Notes: generated from the letters alone by a model not told the origin. DNA of 29,940 nt from a virus (IMGVR_UViG_3300047288_000126:1-29940); one strand, 5' to 3'; counted from the first letter of the stretch, positions 16,145 through 26,059 are shown. A program made the numbers and translations.

Positions 16145-16172
16145 AAAAAAGGGCAGGCACTTTACCTACCCT
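16145..16172 (-). terminator. Rho-independent terminator after the major capsid gene
   Basis: AGGGTAGG-loop-CCTGCCCT plus U-tract. Confidence 0.85.
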
Positions 16173-16195
16173 TATTTAATTATACTAAATTAGTA

Positions 16196-17149
16196 TTAGT
16201 TAGCTGAATTTGTAATTCCGTAAGTTACAATATCTTCTACAGCCGCATATTGAACACCAGCTGTAAAACGCATAATTACTCTAACATTTTCAGATCCGTC
16301 AAGGTCAGCCATATCTAGGACTTTAACTTCATTTTGATCTGATAATAAACCTGTTCCAAAGAATAAGTTTGATTTATAAGTAGCTACAGCAGTATTATTA
16401 GCTAAACCATTTGCAACAAAGATTTTAATTCCATCAAAAGATAAAGAACCATTATTAAACCATTGTGTTCCCATAGCATTAGATCCATTTGAACCTAAAC
16501 CTGAAGCTCCGAATCCACCTAAGGCACGAACATAAGCACGGGCGATATTTTGAGAAACATATAAATACAAATCTTCTTTTCCGTAAAGTGAAGCAGGAAC
16601 AGCATCAACAACTTTTCCAAGTTCTGTGATTACGTTAGCCGCAGTTACGGTTGTTCCAGCAACTTCTTGAGCCGCAGGTAAAGAAGCATCTAAAGAAAGT
16701 AATGTAGCGAATCCGTTGAACTCACCTGCATTAGCAGTAACACCTTTCCAAATGTTTTGTTCTGTTTTTTCAGCAACTTTAGCTGCAACGTGTCCTAATA
16801 AGAAATCAGCAAAAGCAGGTGGTAAAGAATCAAATGCAGAATAACCCATTTGTACAGCTTCCCAATCTGATTTGAAATCTTTTTTACAAAGTTGTAAATT
16901 CACTTGGAATTCTTCAGGTTGTAAAATTTTCTCTGTTAATGTAACAGTAGAAGTAGCAGTAAAATCACAAGTAGCATCTTTAACAATTGCATCAGTAGCA
17001 ATTTTTTTCAATACTTCTTTATATTTTACATTTGGTTTTACTTCAATACCACCATTGGCGATAGTAGAACCTGATAATAATGCAGCAGAAACATATTTTC
17101 CTGCAAACTCACCTGCATAGGTAGTTGTAATTGATGTTGTAGTAGGCAT
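16196..17149 (-). CDS. Major capsid protein
   Basis: 317 aa, Ala/Gly-rich; follows protease and scaffold genes and ends at a strong terminator; E..IWKG...F.G pattern. Confidence 0.8.
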   Translation of the reverse strand: MPTTTSITTTYAGEFAGKYVSAALLSGSTIANGGIEVKPNVKYKEVLKKIATDAIVKDATCDFTATSTVTLTEKILQPEEFQVNLQLCKKDFKSDWEAVQMGYSAFDSLPPAFADFLLGHVAAKVAEKTEQNIWKGVTANAGEFNGFATLLSLDASLPAAQEVAGTTVTAANVITELGKVVDAVPASLYGKEDLYLYVSQNIARAYVRALGGFGASGLGSNGSNAMGTQWFNNGSLSFDGIKIFVANGLANNTAVATYKSNLFFGTGLLSDQNEVKVLDMADLDGSENVRVIMRFTAGVQYAAVEDIVTYGITNSAN

Positions 17150-17156
17150 AATTTAT

Positions 17157-17714
17157 TTAATTAAAAAGTTTTGACATAACTATATCTTGAGTAGTCATTT
17201 GTCGATTAGGTGAAAATTTATTTAGTTTTATTTGATTATTAGATTCAGGTGAGTGTGTTAATGGTTCAACAACTACATCTGAATTTAATTCTTCTTTAAT
17301 AACTTCTTTCGCTAATTTTAATTCTGCGATTTCAGTTCTTAATTTTTCAATTTCTGCAAAAAACATTTCTTTAGAAACTGATTCAACAATTCTTTTAGGA
17401 GTTGCTACTTCGGCTGATGCAACAACTTCTTCTTCTGCAGGTGAAGATACTTCTTCTTCATTTGCAGGCATTTCTTCTTCAGGCATTTCAATAGCGGCAA
17501 TTACACCTTCTACATCAACTTTTAAAATGTTGCCATCTTCTAATTCGTATTCTCCGACAGGTACAGGAATTTTCTCCTCACCATTAACAATAAAAACAGC
17601 ATTATCCATTTCAAAAGCATCTGCTTCTAGAATAGTAACTCCATCTTTAAGTTTCATTTGAGCAAGTTTTACTTCCATACCCAAAAGAGTTTTGATTTCA
17701 TTAATTACATTCAT
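17157..17714 (-). CDS. Probable scaffold protein
   Basis: Very acidic, with P.GEYELEDG and a coiled-coil segment; immediately upstream of the capsid gene. Confidence 0.65.
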   Translation of the reverse strand: MNVINEIKTLLGMEVKLAQMKLKDGVTILEADAFEMDNAVFIVNGEEKIPVPVGEYELEDGNILKVDVEGVIAAIEMPEEEMPANEEEVSSPAEEEVVASAEVATPKRIVESVSKEMFFAEIEKLRTEIAELKLAKEVIKEELNSDVVVEPLTHSPESNNQIKLNKFSPNRQMTTQDIVMSKLFN

Positions 17715-17740
17715 ATTTAGTTAATTTACTTATTTAAAAA

Positions 17741-18139
17741 TTATGCCATATATTTATTAGCACCATTAATAGCTGAATTTACTTTTAAACCTTTATCTGC
17801 AAATTCTTTCCAACCTTTAATATCTTCTCTGTTTAAACCTAAATCAGCTGCGGATTTACTTGCTTTTTCCCAAATTCTATCTTCATTAGCTTGAAATTTT
17901 TCAGCTACAGAATATGCTTTTTTAACGCTTGAAATAGCGGCTTGTAATTCTTTTTGAGATTCTAAAATAATTTTATTTAAATTATCAGCTTTTAATACTG
18001 AATCTTCTAAATCTTTAGAAACAACTTCTGCCGTTTTTGCCGCAGTTGCAATATCTTCTACTAAGCCTAATTCTATTTTTTGACTTGCTAAGTCTGTTTT
18101 TCCAAATAAGGATTTAAATACTAATTTTTCAGTTTGCAT
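17741..18139 (-). CDS. Hypothetical alpha-helical protein
   Basis: 132 aa, Ala/Lys/Glu-rich; first gene after a late-type motif. Confidence 0.7.
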   Translation of the reverse strand: MQTEKLVFKSLFGKTDLASQKIELGLVEDIATAAKTAEVVSKDLEDSVLKADNLNKIILESQKELQAAISSVKKAYSVAEKFQANEDRIWEKASKSAADLGLNREDIKGWKEFADKGLKVNSAINGANKYMA

Positions 18140-18153
18140 AATTTTATTTTTTT

Positions 18154-18181
18154 TATATTAATTAAAGTTATTTATTATTGT
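18154..18181 (-). promoter_or_regulatory. Candidate late promoter ACAAT-N14-ATTAATATA
   Basis: Exact motif and spacing; upstream of the scaffold/capsid operon. Confidence 0.65.
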
Positions 18182-18187
18182 TATAAA

Positions 18188-18373
18188 TTAGCCATTAGAA
18201 CGTACAATAGTTCTAACTCCATTTACGTTTGTAATTGTGCTTGATTGCTGACCTTGTAAAGCGCCAATTCCTTGTTCTGATAATTCACCTTTGCAACATT
18301 CAGAACTATATTTCCCATCTTTACATAGACATCCTCTTTTTCCACCTTTTGGCGAACTTGTTTTGTTTCCCAT
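18188..18373 (-). CDS. Small Cys-rich protein
   Basis: Likely start MGNK at 18373; SPKGGKRGCLCKDGKYSSECC.G....QGIG. Confidence 0.7.
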   Translation of the reverse strand: MGNKTSSPKGGKRGCLCKDGKYSSECCKGELSEQGIGALQGQQSSTITNVNGVRTIVRSNG

Positions 18374-18377
18374 AATT

Positions 18378-18968
18378 TTATTTATTAGATTCAGCATTAT
18401 TTATAATTAATTTAATTTTATCTATTAATTCTTTTTCTTTTTCTTTCTGCAAACTCATTTCTAATTTATCAGCAAAATATCCTTCGATAGAAAATCCTTT
18501 TACTTTACCTGTTTTAACAAAGTCATTCCAAATAACATCGTTATTAACTTTCATTGAAACAACCCAAGAACCAACAGGCGCATCTAAACCATATTTTTTA
18601 GATTTATCCATTTCTGAATCTTCAACAATCCAAGATTCAACTACTGAAAGATCTTTTAATTCTTTTTGATGTTCTAATGTAGCATTATTTTGATTACTAT
18701 TCATTAAAAACAATTCACTTGCTTTTCGTACCGTTTCATTAGAAAAGAAAATGTAATATTCTTCATTACCATTTCTTCTATAAATATGCTTGTTTGGAAT
18801 TAAAGCGGCTCCCATTAAAATACGTTTTTCATCATCAACTTTAGCCAATTGTAGCTGTTGATTTAATGAAACGAAATTAGATTCTATTGCAGGAAATTCT
18901 ACTATTGAAACGGCTTCAACTCCTGAAAGTTGTTCATTTTCATCTATTATTAGTTCTATTATCTTCAT
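18378..18968 (-). CDS. XkdF-like serine prohead protease
   Basis: KR.LMG.ALIP, LEH, VESW, GSW..SMKV, W...VK.G...GFSIEG. Confidence 0.85.
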   Translation of the reverse strand: MKIIELIIDENEQLSGVEAVSIVEFPAIESNFVSLNQQLQLAKVDDEKRILMGAALIPNKHIYRRNGNEEYYIFFSNETVRKASELFLMNSNQNNATLEHQKELKDLSVVESWIVEDSEMDKSKKYGLDAPVGSWVVSMKVNNDVIWNDFVKTGKVKGFSIEGYFADKLEMSLQKEKEKELIDKIKLIINNAESNK

Positions 18969-19131
18969 ATTATTAAAATAAATTAAATTTTGTTTTGTTT
19001 TATTAAGTTTTAATTTAAAGCTATTTTTATTTGATTTAAACGATTATAATTGTTTTTAATATACTATATTGTTTTTTTAAAGTTTTTTAATTTAACGCAA
19101 AAACACAATAGAATCAATACTTTACAACACA

Positions 19132-19190
19132 AGTTTTTATTTATAGTATATTATTATTTTAATAGTTTTTATTTATAGTTATATTATTAT
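19132..19190. repeat. Imperfect tandem direct repeat (26/27 bp) in an AT-rich intergenic gap
   Basis: agtttttatttatagt(t)atattattat at 19132-19157 and 19164-19190. Confidence 0.75.
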
Positions 19191-21031
19191 AAACTTGCAC
19201 TTTGTACGATGTTTCTGTCCAATGCTTGTGCGGTTGTAACATCATTAGAAACTACATATGCTTTAACAGGTGTGTTTTGTTGTTCGCCTATTGTTTGTGC
19301 TAATTGACTTGTAGAAGAAGCACCAACAACATTAAAATTAGGTGCTTGGGCTACAGGTGCAGATGGTCCTGATCCACTTCCACCACTAGATTCAGGTACT
19401 TCTACGGACATAATCTTTTGAACGTTTGCAATACCTTGAGCGGCTACAATAGCCGTTGATGCAATTTTAACAGCCATATCTACAACTGGATTTCCCATAG
19501 ATGCGGCACCCCAAACTTCTGAAATACCTTTATACGTGTTAATAGTTGCGGATGCTATTGCTAATGCTTTTCCTGCCGCTGTTTTTTCTCCAGCTAATTT
19601 AGATAAACCATCTAAAGCGTTTGCTATTGCTCCTGCTTGTGCTATTTGAGCCGCTTTTTCTGCTTGTAATAACTTTATTCTTAATTTACTTTTAGCATCT
19701 GCATTAACGGTTAAAGCATTATCAATTTCTTGTTTTTTAGTTTTATATTCTAATTCTGCATCAACTCTAGCCTGTGTACCTTGAACAGCGGCATCAATTT
19801 TACTTTGTAATCTTTCGAGTTCAATCCTTTTTTCTTCTTCTAAATTTATTCGTTGTAATTCTAATTTTTTAGATTCATCTGTTTCAAATTCTTCATTAAA
19901 TTTCTTTTGTTCAATAGCTAAAGCATTTAAACCTTCTTGTTCACTTTGTCCTAAAGCAATTTTTTCTTTTTGTAAAGAAATACTATTAGCAATTTGTTCA
20001 CTTCGCAAACCTTCCACTTGTGCTAATACTCCTTGTTTATTTGCCAATGCTTCTGTTACAGCAACTTGGTTTTCAATAGTTTTATTTTGGTTGTATGTAG
20101 CTTGTGCGGCTTGTACTTGTAAATTAGCTTGGGCAATCATTGCCTGCTGTTGTTTTTCTAAAACTTTTTGCAGATCATCATTCGCTTTAATTCTATCATC
20201 TATTGAAATTAAATCATTATCTCTAATTTGTCTTAATTTTTCTGCTTGCCTATCATATTGTTCAACTAAACGAGCCTGTTCTGCGGCAGCCAATTTAGCG
20301 TTGTTTTGCATTTGAACATTTGCCTTTGCTTGTTCGTATGCACCTTTTATAGATATTTTAGAAACTCCGTCAATAGTGCCTTCAACTACTGCACTAACTT
20401 CTTTTACAGCATCAACAAAATTATTTACAACTTTTTTTCCTGCTTCTACGGTGCTTTTACCAACTTCAACTATATTATCTTTTGTAACTGATATTCTTTT
20501 ATTTAAATCTGCAATTACTTTAGGGTCTCCATCACCGAAAAAACTCTCTTCCCAAGCCAATTTTGCTTCATCAATAGCTAATGAAATTCCATAAAAAGCT
20601 AATTTTAAAGGTGCTAGTGAAATAGTTATTAAACCACTAACAACTTTACCTAAAGCAGAAAAACCATTAGAAGATGCACCTACTTTTTCAATAACTGAAA
20701 CTAATACATTTACAACTTGTGTAAATACATTTGAAATTGTACCCATTACAGCACCAAAAGTATCAGCTACTTTTTGATTACCCATAAATACTTCTTTCAG
20801 TGTAGAAAAAGCAGATATTAAAAGTCCAATTCCCATAGCTTTAATAGCCACACCTGTAGCTTTAAAACCATCTGCTAAAGATTTAGTAGCGTCCTGTGTT
20901 TTTTCAACATTCTTCTCTACTTTTTTAATTTCTTTAGTTGAATCTTCTAGTCCTATATTTAATTTTTTGACATCTTTAACTAATGAATCTAAATTATTTT
21001 TAACTTCTAAATTTATTATTTTATTTTCCAT
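19187..21031 (-). CDS. Tape-measure-like protein
   Basis: 614 aa; coiled-coil Ala/Gln/Lys/Glu-rich core with hydrophobic Gly/Ala stretches near both ends. Confidence 0.75.
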   Translation of the reverse strand: MENKIINLEVKNNLDSLVKDVKKLNIGLEDSTKEIKKVEKNVEKTQDATKSLADGFKATGVAIKAMGIGLLISAFSTLKEVFMGNQKVADTFGAVMGTISNVFTQVVNVLVSVIEKVGASSNGFSALGKVVSGLITISLAPLKLAFYGISLAIDEAKLAWEESFFGDGDPKVIADLNKRISVTKDNIVEVGKSTVEAGKKVVNNFVDAVKEVSAVVEGTIDGVSKISIKGAYEQAKANVQMQNNAKLAAAEQARLVEQYDRQAEKLRQIRDNDLISIDDRIKANDDLQKVLEKQQQAMIAQANLQVQAAQATYNQNKTIENQVAVTEALANKQGVLAQVEGLRSEQIANSISLQKEKIALGQSEQEGLNALAIEQKKFNEEFETDESKKLELQRINLEEEKRIELERLQSKIDAAVQGTQARVDAELEYKTKKQEIDNALTVNADAKSKLRIKLLQAEKAAQIAQAGAIANALDGLSKLAGEKTAAGKALAIASATINTYKGISEVWGAASMGNPVVDMAVKIASTAIVAAQGIANVQKIMSVEVPESSGGSGSGPSAPVAQAPNFNVVGASSTSQLAQTIGEQQNTPVKAYVVSNDVTTAQALDRNIVQSASL

Positions 21032-21162
21032 TGCCTTTTGATTTGTTCAAAACCTTGTTTCCAAGAAGTTAATAATTTGTATTTACCTTTTGCTATCTCT
21101 ATAGCTTCACTTTGTCCGTAATGCTCTTGTAAAGCTAATAATTCAATAATATTTTTTATCAT
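21016..21162 (-). CDS. Small hypothetical protein (48 aa, not in ORF track)
   Basis: MIKNIIELLALQEHYGQSEAIEIAKGKYKLLTSWKQGFEQIKRQWKIK; ATGA-coupled to the upstream gene. Confidence 0.7.
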   Translation of the reverse strand: MIKNIIELLALQEHYGQSEAIEIAKGKYKLLTSWKQGFEQIKRQWKIK

Positions 21163-23180
21163 AATTCATTTAGTAGTTCTAATTGACTTTCGCCAGTTGT
21201 TAAATTTGTAGTAATTTTATTTATAATAAATAATCTATCTCTAATTTTCATTCTATCATTTAATTTATAATTTAATAGAACTGATAAAGGTAAAAATGCT
21301 CTTAATTTTGTCAATCTATTTTTAGGATTGAATATATGCATTATATAATCTTTATAATATAATTCAAATAATGTACCTGTAAAATCATTTGTTGCAGTCC
21401 ATTCATTAAATTCTTGTTTAAAATTAATGTTTGTTACAGATGTTGCAGGATTTAATTCTCTACTATTTGAAGGTAAAATATAAGATGTTATTTGTTGGTG
21501 CGATGTATCAGTTTTTTTAAATGAAAAATCTGTAGTTGTTAAAATAGGATAAAATAACAATGGTTTACAAAGTTCTGAATCATAATTACCTGTTGATGAA
21601 TCAAAAGTATCTGTAGCAGAATAACCCCATTGAATATCTGTAGCTGTGCTATTTTTTATATCATAAATTCTTTCGTATTTAAAATGTGAAAAAGGTAATT
21701 CTATTTTATATATTTCGCCATCTATTGCAGATGATTCATTATAAATTTCTCTACCCCATTCATAATTAAATTGCTGATTATGTTTTAATGCTAATAGTTC
21801 TTTAGTATCTTCATATCCAAATTCTATTTGTTTAAATGGTAATGCTACATCAATAGTTGTAGTATCTGTAACTACATATTTTGTAATATCATAAACATTA
21901 GAAGTAGCATAAAAACTATTTAAAGTTTTAACAACTATAATTCCATTATCTATATAAGCAGTTAAATTAAACATTTTAAATATACCTGTTAGAAAATCTA
22001 TTATTTTAATATCAGGTGTTTGCTGTGCTATATCAAAAATTAATGTACTATTAGTATTAAATGATGAAGTAGTAAAATAATTTGCATATGTTATTGTAGT
22101 TCCACCTGCACCATCATCAGTTAAATAACCAAATTGTAAAGTAATATCATCTATAGTTATTATAGATTGACTTTGAATAAAAAATTGAAAGCTACCATCG
22201 AGAATTGTTGGTATAGCTAAACCTGATTGACTACCATTTAAAGTATTACTTTGCCAATATAAAGCACCATTTTTATAAATAATAAATTTGTAATCTGTAG
22301 TAGATGTTGTTGTTAAATTCATAAATGCAGAATAGGCATCATATTCACCACCAACATTTAAAGTACTTCCAAAATCAAAATTTGTAATTAATTCAGGTGG
22401 TAATATACCCGTTTCAGCATCTTGAACTTGACCTTTAGAACGATGTAGCCATAAAAATAATTGGTAGTAATCTAAATTATCGTTTCTAAAAAAATCGTTG
22501 CTAAAACTCAGCCCATATTGACTTGAAATAGTTTGTATAATTGCATCAACTCTAATAGCATATTTTAATTGATTCCATAATAAACCGTGATGATGTCCAC
22601 CACCTGTATCATAATGTAAATTTCTTTCATCGTTTGCGTGCCCTGAACTACTATCATAATAATATCTATTAGTATGTGAAATAAAAGGTACTATAACATC
22701 ATTTGTTGTAGCGTCTTGTTGAAAATAAGTTAATACATCTGTAGAATTATAAGGCTTATTATAAGCAGATAAATCTAAAGCGTTTAATTTATCTTCACCT
22801 AATATATCTTTTAAGTTAATAGTATCGCCAAAGTATGTTATTCTATAAGCATAAGGTTTATTATCTTTTAAATCAACTCCTTCTAACTTTATTTTACCTT
22901 TATTAAATCTAACGGCATTTATTTCTATATATCCATCTATTTTTACTCTAGCATCAAAACCATTATCTATATCATAATTATAATAATGTTTGAATAGTTT
23001 ATTGTTTTCTGCAGTTGCAGGTATTGAAAATGTTTTAGTAAATTCTGTAAATATTTTAGATATATCTTTTACATCTTGAATAACCTGTGTTATAGAAATA
23101 GATTCATCATTAAATAAATCTGTTCTTTGATATTTATTTGTAGAATTGTTTTTTAAATATAAAGCTAAATTTAAAATCAT
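21159..23180 (-). CDS. Large tail tip / baseplate hub-like structural protein
   Basis: 673 aa; DLF.DESI.IT..IQDVKDISKIFT.FTK.F.IPA..NN N-terminus; located in the tail module. Confidence 0.65.
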   Translation of the reverse strand: MILNLALYLKNNSTNKYQRTDLFNDESISITQVIQDVKDISKIFTEFTKTFSIPATAENNKLFKHYYNYDIDNGFDARVKIDGYIEINAVRFNKGKIKLEGVDLKDNKPYAYRITYFGDTINLKDILGEDKLNALDLSAYNKPYNSTDVLTYFQQDATTNDVIVPFISHTNRYYYDSSSGHANDERNLHYDTGGGHHHGLLWNQLKYAIRVDAIIQTISSQYGLSFSNDFFRNDNLDYYQLFLWLHRSKGQVQDAETGILPPELITNFDFGSTLNVGGEYDAYSAFMNLTTTSTTDYKFIIYKNGALYWQSNTLNGSQSGLAIPTILDGSFQFFIQSQSIITIDDITLQFGYLTDDGAGGTTITYANYFTTSSFNTNSTLIFDIAQQTPDIKIIDFLTGIFKMFNLTAYIDNGIIVVKTLNSFYATSNVYDITKYVVTDTTTIDVALPFKQIEFGYEDTKELLALKHNQQFNYEWGREIYNESSAIDGEIYKIELPFSHFKYERIYDIKNSTATDIQWGYSATDTFDSSTGNYDSELCKPLLFYPILTTTDFSFKKTDTSHQQITSYILPSNSRELNPATSVTNINFKQEFNEWTATNDFTGTLFELYYKDYIMHIFNPKNRLTKLRAFLPLSVLLNYKLNDRMKIRDRLFIINKITTNLTTGESQLELLNEL

Positions 23181-24277
23181 ATTGCATCGTTTATTACATT
23201 AAAAGCATATTCAAAATCTAATTCGTAATTAATTAATTTATCTTTTAAATTATATTTTAATTCAGATGCTTCTGTTTTCATTATAACAGGTTTTCTATCC
23301 AATAAAATAGTTTCAGATAAAAGTAGATCATTAATTAATTCAGAATAATTTTCATATACAAAACCTGAATTTACTTTAATCATTTTTTTACCTGTATGAT
23401 TAAAAGATTTTGATTGACCTCTTAAAGCTGTATAATTTACATTATCAGGCGTTAGTTTGTATAGTTCTTTTTTAACTTGTAAATTATTTGTTCTTGCTTT
23501 GTATAATGTTAATGTTTGCCATCCACCATAAGAATTTATAAAATCACAAAGTATAGGTTCGTATTTACATTCTTCTATTGGATATGAATAAAATTCTTTA
23601 TTAACAGGTGAACCACCATCAGGCGTAAATGTTAAACTTACTTTACAACCTTTTGCAAAATGTGTGTCAACTCTATCTAAAGATAAAGGCACTTTAAATA
23701 AATAAATACCTGTTAAACCTATATTATTTATTGAAGCTGTGTATAAAGTTCCTGTTATTGTAGAATAAGTTACATTAAATAAATCTGCAGTGCTTTGAAA
23801 ATCTACTAATACATTTACATATTGTATAATATCATCCTTATATGATTTGTGATATGTATTAATTATATCTTTATTAAATAGTAATTCAATTTGAGTATTT
23901 GAAGGGTTTTGTAAACCATCCATATAATTAGTAAAACCATTAACTCCTACATAATCTTTTGTGTCTAATAAAGTATAAGTTCCTGAAACATTTTTATATC
24001 GTTTTACTCTAAACATAGCATAATTTTCCTGATAGTCCCAACCAACCCAATTAGGATAGTTAGGTGCAATATTATCAATATATTCTTTTACTAAATTAGA
24101 TACATTATAATACGTTTGTATTTGTGCAGATGTTGGAATTGGTTTACTTAATGTATATGTTGGTGTAGTAGGTATTGTATCACCATTTCGCCAAATAAAC
24201 AATTCTATTTTACTGCCTTGTTGTCCTGTTTCACTAACTTCAATTACAAATGGACTTCTAACTTTTACTACTTTCAT
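23177..24277 (-). CDS. Tail structural protein (distal-tail-like)
   Basis: 366 aa, beta-rich; FINSYGGW and L.LSE motifs; located in the tail module. Confidence 0.6.
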   Translation of the reverse strand: MKVVKVRSPFVIEVSETGQQGSKIELFIWRNGDTIPTTPTYTLSKPIPTSAQIQTYYNVSNLVKEYIDNIAPNYPNWVGWDYQENYAMFRVKRYKNVSGTYTLLDTKDYVGVNGFTNYMDGLQNPSNTQIELLFNKDIINTYHKSYKDDIIQYVNVLVDFQSTADLFNVTYSTITGTLYTASINNIGLTGIYLFKVPLSLDRVDTHFAKGCKVSLTFTPDGGSPVNKEFYSYPIEECKYEPILCDFINSYGGWQTLTLYKARTNNLQVKKELYKLTPDNVNYTALRGQSKSFNHTGKKMIKVNSGFVYENYSELINDLLLSETILLDRKPVIMKTEASELKYNLKDKLINYELDFEYAFNVINDAI

Positions 24278-24825
24278 TTTGATTTTTTTAAATTATAATC
24301 TATAATTATATCTATATCTTGACCTAAAGCATCTATTAAATCTGTATCTATAAATTTTTTATATCCTTCTTCAAATGGTTTAGTAAAAAACAAACTTGGT
24401 TTAATTCCTCTAGCCCAAATATTTTTAGCTAGAATAATTCCTATTGTTTTATAATTACCTTTTGAAAATTTACCTTTTGAATCTCTTAATCTGAAATTCT
24501 TTTGTTTTGCCCAATCTTCTAAATAATTTGAAGGCGGTCTTTTATTTTTAAAACTAAATGGACTATTTGGCGCCTGTTGACCTTTTATCTTTGCATTTTT
24601 AGATACTTGTGATGGATCTGCACCTCTAACTCCTTGATCTACAAATTGACCATAGTTAGACATTTGAAATCCAACAATAGTATAGCCATTTTCAGTTATT
24701 GATTCGCTTTTAATACTATTATATAAATTTTTTGTATTGTTTTTTCCATTGATTGTTAAATTGCTTTTAGATTGCTGTATAACATAATTTCTAAAACGTT
24801 CTATTGCTTTTTCTACTTCTAACAT
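24274..24825 (-). CDS. Neck / tail completion protein (HK97 gp10-like)
   Basis: Basic protein with LYNSI, YGQFVDQGV.G and GIKPSLFFTKPF. Confidence 0.6.
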   Translation of the reverse strand: MLEVEKAIERFRNYVIQQSKSNLTINGKNNTKNLYNSIKSESITENGYTIVGFQMSNYGQFVDQGVRGADPSQVSKNAKIKGQQAPNSPFSFKNKRPPSNYLEDWAKQKNFRLRDSKGKFSKGNYKTIGIILAKNIWARGIKPSLFFTKPFEEGYKKFIDTDLIDALGQDIDIIIDYNLKKSK

Positions 24826-25274
24826 TTTGTCATTGTGTTTTGTATAGCCATATCAAATGTAAATGTTACACCTGCTATTTTATTTTCAAAGCGGTCTGTA
24901 AAAAATTCGATGTTTGCAGTATCATTTACTAATTCATAATCTTCTGCTAATGCACCTCTGCGTAATACTTCTAAAAATCTATTTGCTACAGCTAATTGTG
25001 TATTTAATACATCTTGCTCATTATCATTACCTAAGAATATATCTGTTACTTTTTCTTTTGATTCATCTACAACATCCATACATAGAATAGATATATTATA
25101 ATTTAATACAGGACCTTGATACGATACAGAATTTATTATAATATGACTTAAAGGAAATATAGTTTGTTTATTTAAATCTACTTTAAATATATCACCTGTT
25201 GTAACCGTATTGACAAATAAATCTTCTTGTAATTTATTTTTTATTACTTGTGTTATTTCGTAAAATGTATTCAT
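24819..25274 (-). CDS. Probable tail terminator / completion protein
   Basis: Acidic 151 aa with FPLSHI and F.DRFEN..AG; call rests partly on position. Confidence 0.55.
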   Translation of the reverse strand: MNTFYEITQVIKNKLQEDLFVNTVTTGDIFKVDLNKQTIFPLSHIIINSVSYQGPVLNYNISILCMDVVDESKEKVTDIFLGNDNEQDVLNTQLAVANRFLEVLRRGALAEDYELVNDTANIEFFTDRFENKIAGVTFTFDMAIQNTMTKC

Positions 25275-25525
25275 TATCTTTTTTTAATTAAATCTATTTC
25301 TATTTGATTTTTTTGCTTTTCAAATGTTAGAAAAGTTAAACATTGGTTAATTGGTAATTCGGTAACTCTATCAAAGTTGATAATGTTTCCTTGAGCAAGT
25401 GCATAGATTGAACTGAACCATCCCCAACGTTTTCCAAATTGTGCTGTTGCAGAATAGTCTGCATCTCCTTGTTCTGCTCCAAATAATTCATCGTACTTTT
25501 CAATAATTCGTTGCCTAAATTGTAA
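25274..25525 (-). CDS. -1 frameshift extension (83 aa) of the gene starting at 26019
   Basis: ATG-less open frame LQFRQRIIEKYDELFG...FGKRWGWFSSIYALAQG...CLTFLTFEKQK...KKR begins at a T9 run; its TAA overlaps the next ATG (TAATG). Confidence 0.8.
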   Translation of the reverse strand, partial: LQFRQRIIEKYDELFGAEQGDADYSATAQFGKRWGWFSSIYALAQGNIINFDRVTELPINQCLTFLTFEKQKNQIEIDLIKKR

Positions 25526-26019
25526 AAAAAAACATTAGCACCAAATACAACATCTAAAGGTGCATCTTTCATTATATCACTATAAGTTATCGAACCATTA
25601 TATTTTTCTATATCATAAGTGTTATTTAAACCTTTTTTTGTAATAGGTCTAAATAAAACAGCCATAGCTTTGTGCATATTATCCCAATCACCTATGTATG
25701 AATCTAAATCTGTATATTCGCCAAAAGTCATATCTTCTAGATCAGGAATAAAACCAAATTCAATACCATTAAGTTTAAATCTATTTATAAACTTATGTGA
25801 TTGCACATTAAACATTTTAGATATTGATTCTGTTATTTCTAAAACATCTTTATATCTAATTTCAGCAACATCTTTTAAATCTATATTACAGAACGTTTGA
25901 ACCATTTTTTGATTCAGAAATTCTGCATCTTCATTATCTTTAGCTATTTTTAAGAACGATTGATATTGTTCTAATTTAATTTCTTTTAATTCTGTTGGTA
26001 TACTTATTTCTAATTTCAT
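25336..26019 (-). CDS. Tail-assembly-chaperone-like protein (227 aa, zero-frame product)
   Basis: Start MKLEISIP at 26019, just downstream of a late motif; contains slippery GTT TTT TTT TAC at 25533-25522. Confidence 0.7.
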   Translation of the reverse strand: MKLEISIPTELKEIKLEQYQSFLKIAKDNEDAEFLNQKMVQTFCNIDLKDVAEIRYKDVLEITESISKMFNVQSHKFINRFKLNGIEFGFIPDLEDMTFGEYTDLDSYIGDWDNMHKAMAVLFRPITKKGLNNTYDIEKYNGSITYSDIMKDAPLDVVFGANVFFYNLGNELLKSTMNYLEQNKEMQTILQQHNLENVGDGSVQSMHLLKETLSTLIELPNYQLTNV

Positions 26020-26031
26020 ATTATTGTTTTT

Positions 26032-26059
26032 TATATTAATAACTATTTTATGATATTGT
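26032..26059 (-). promoter_or_regulatory. Candidate late promoter ACAAT-N14-ATTAATATA
   Basis: Exact motif; sits just after a terminator and before the tail operon. Confidence 0.65.

Noticed and set aside
19132-19190. CRISPR mini-array
   Set aside because: Only two low-complexity AT-rich copies separated by 6 nt; no spacer-sized interval and no cas genes.
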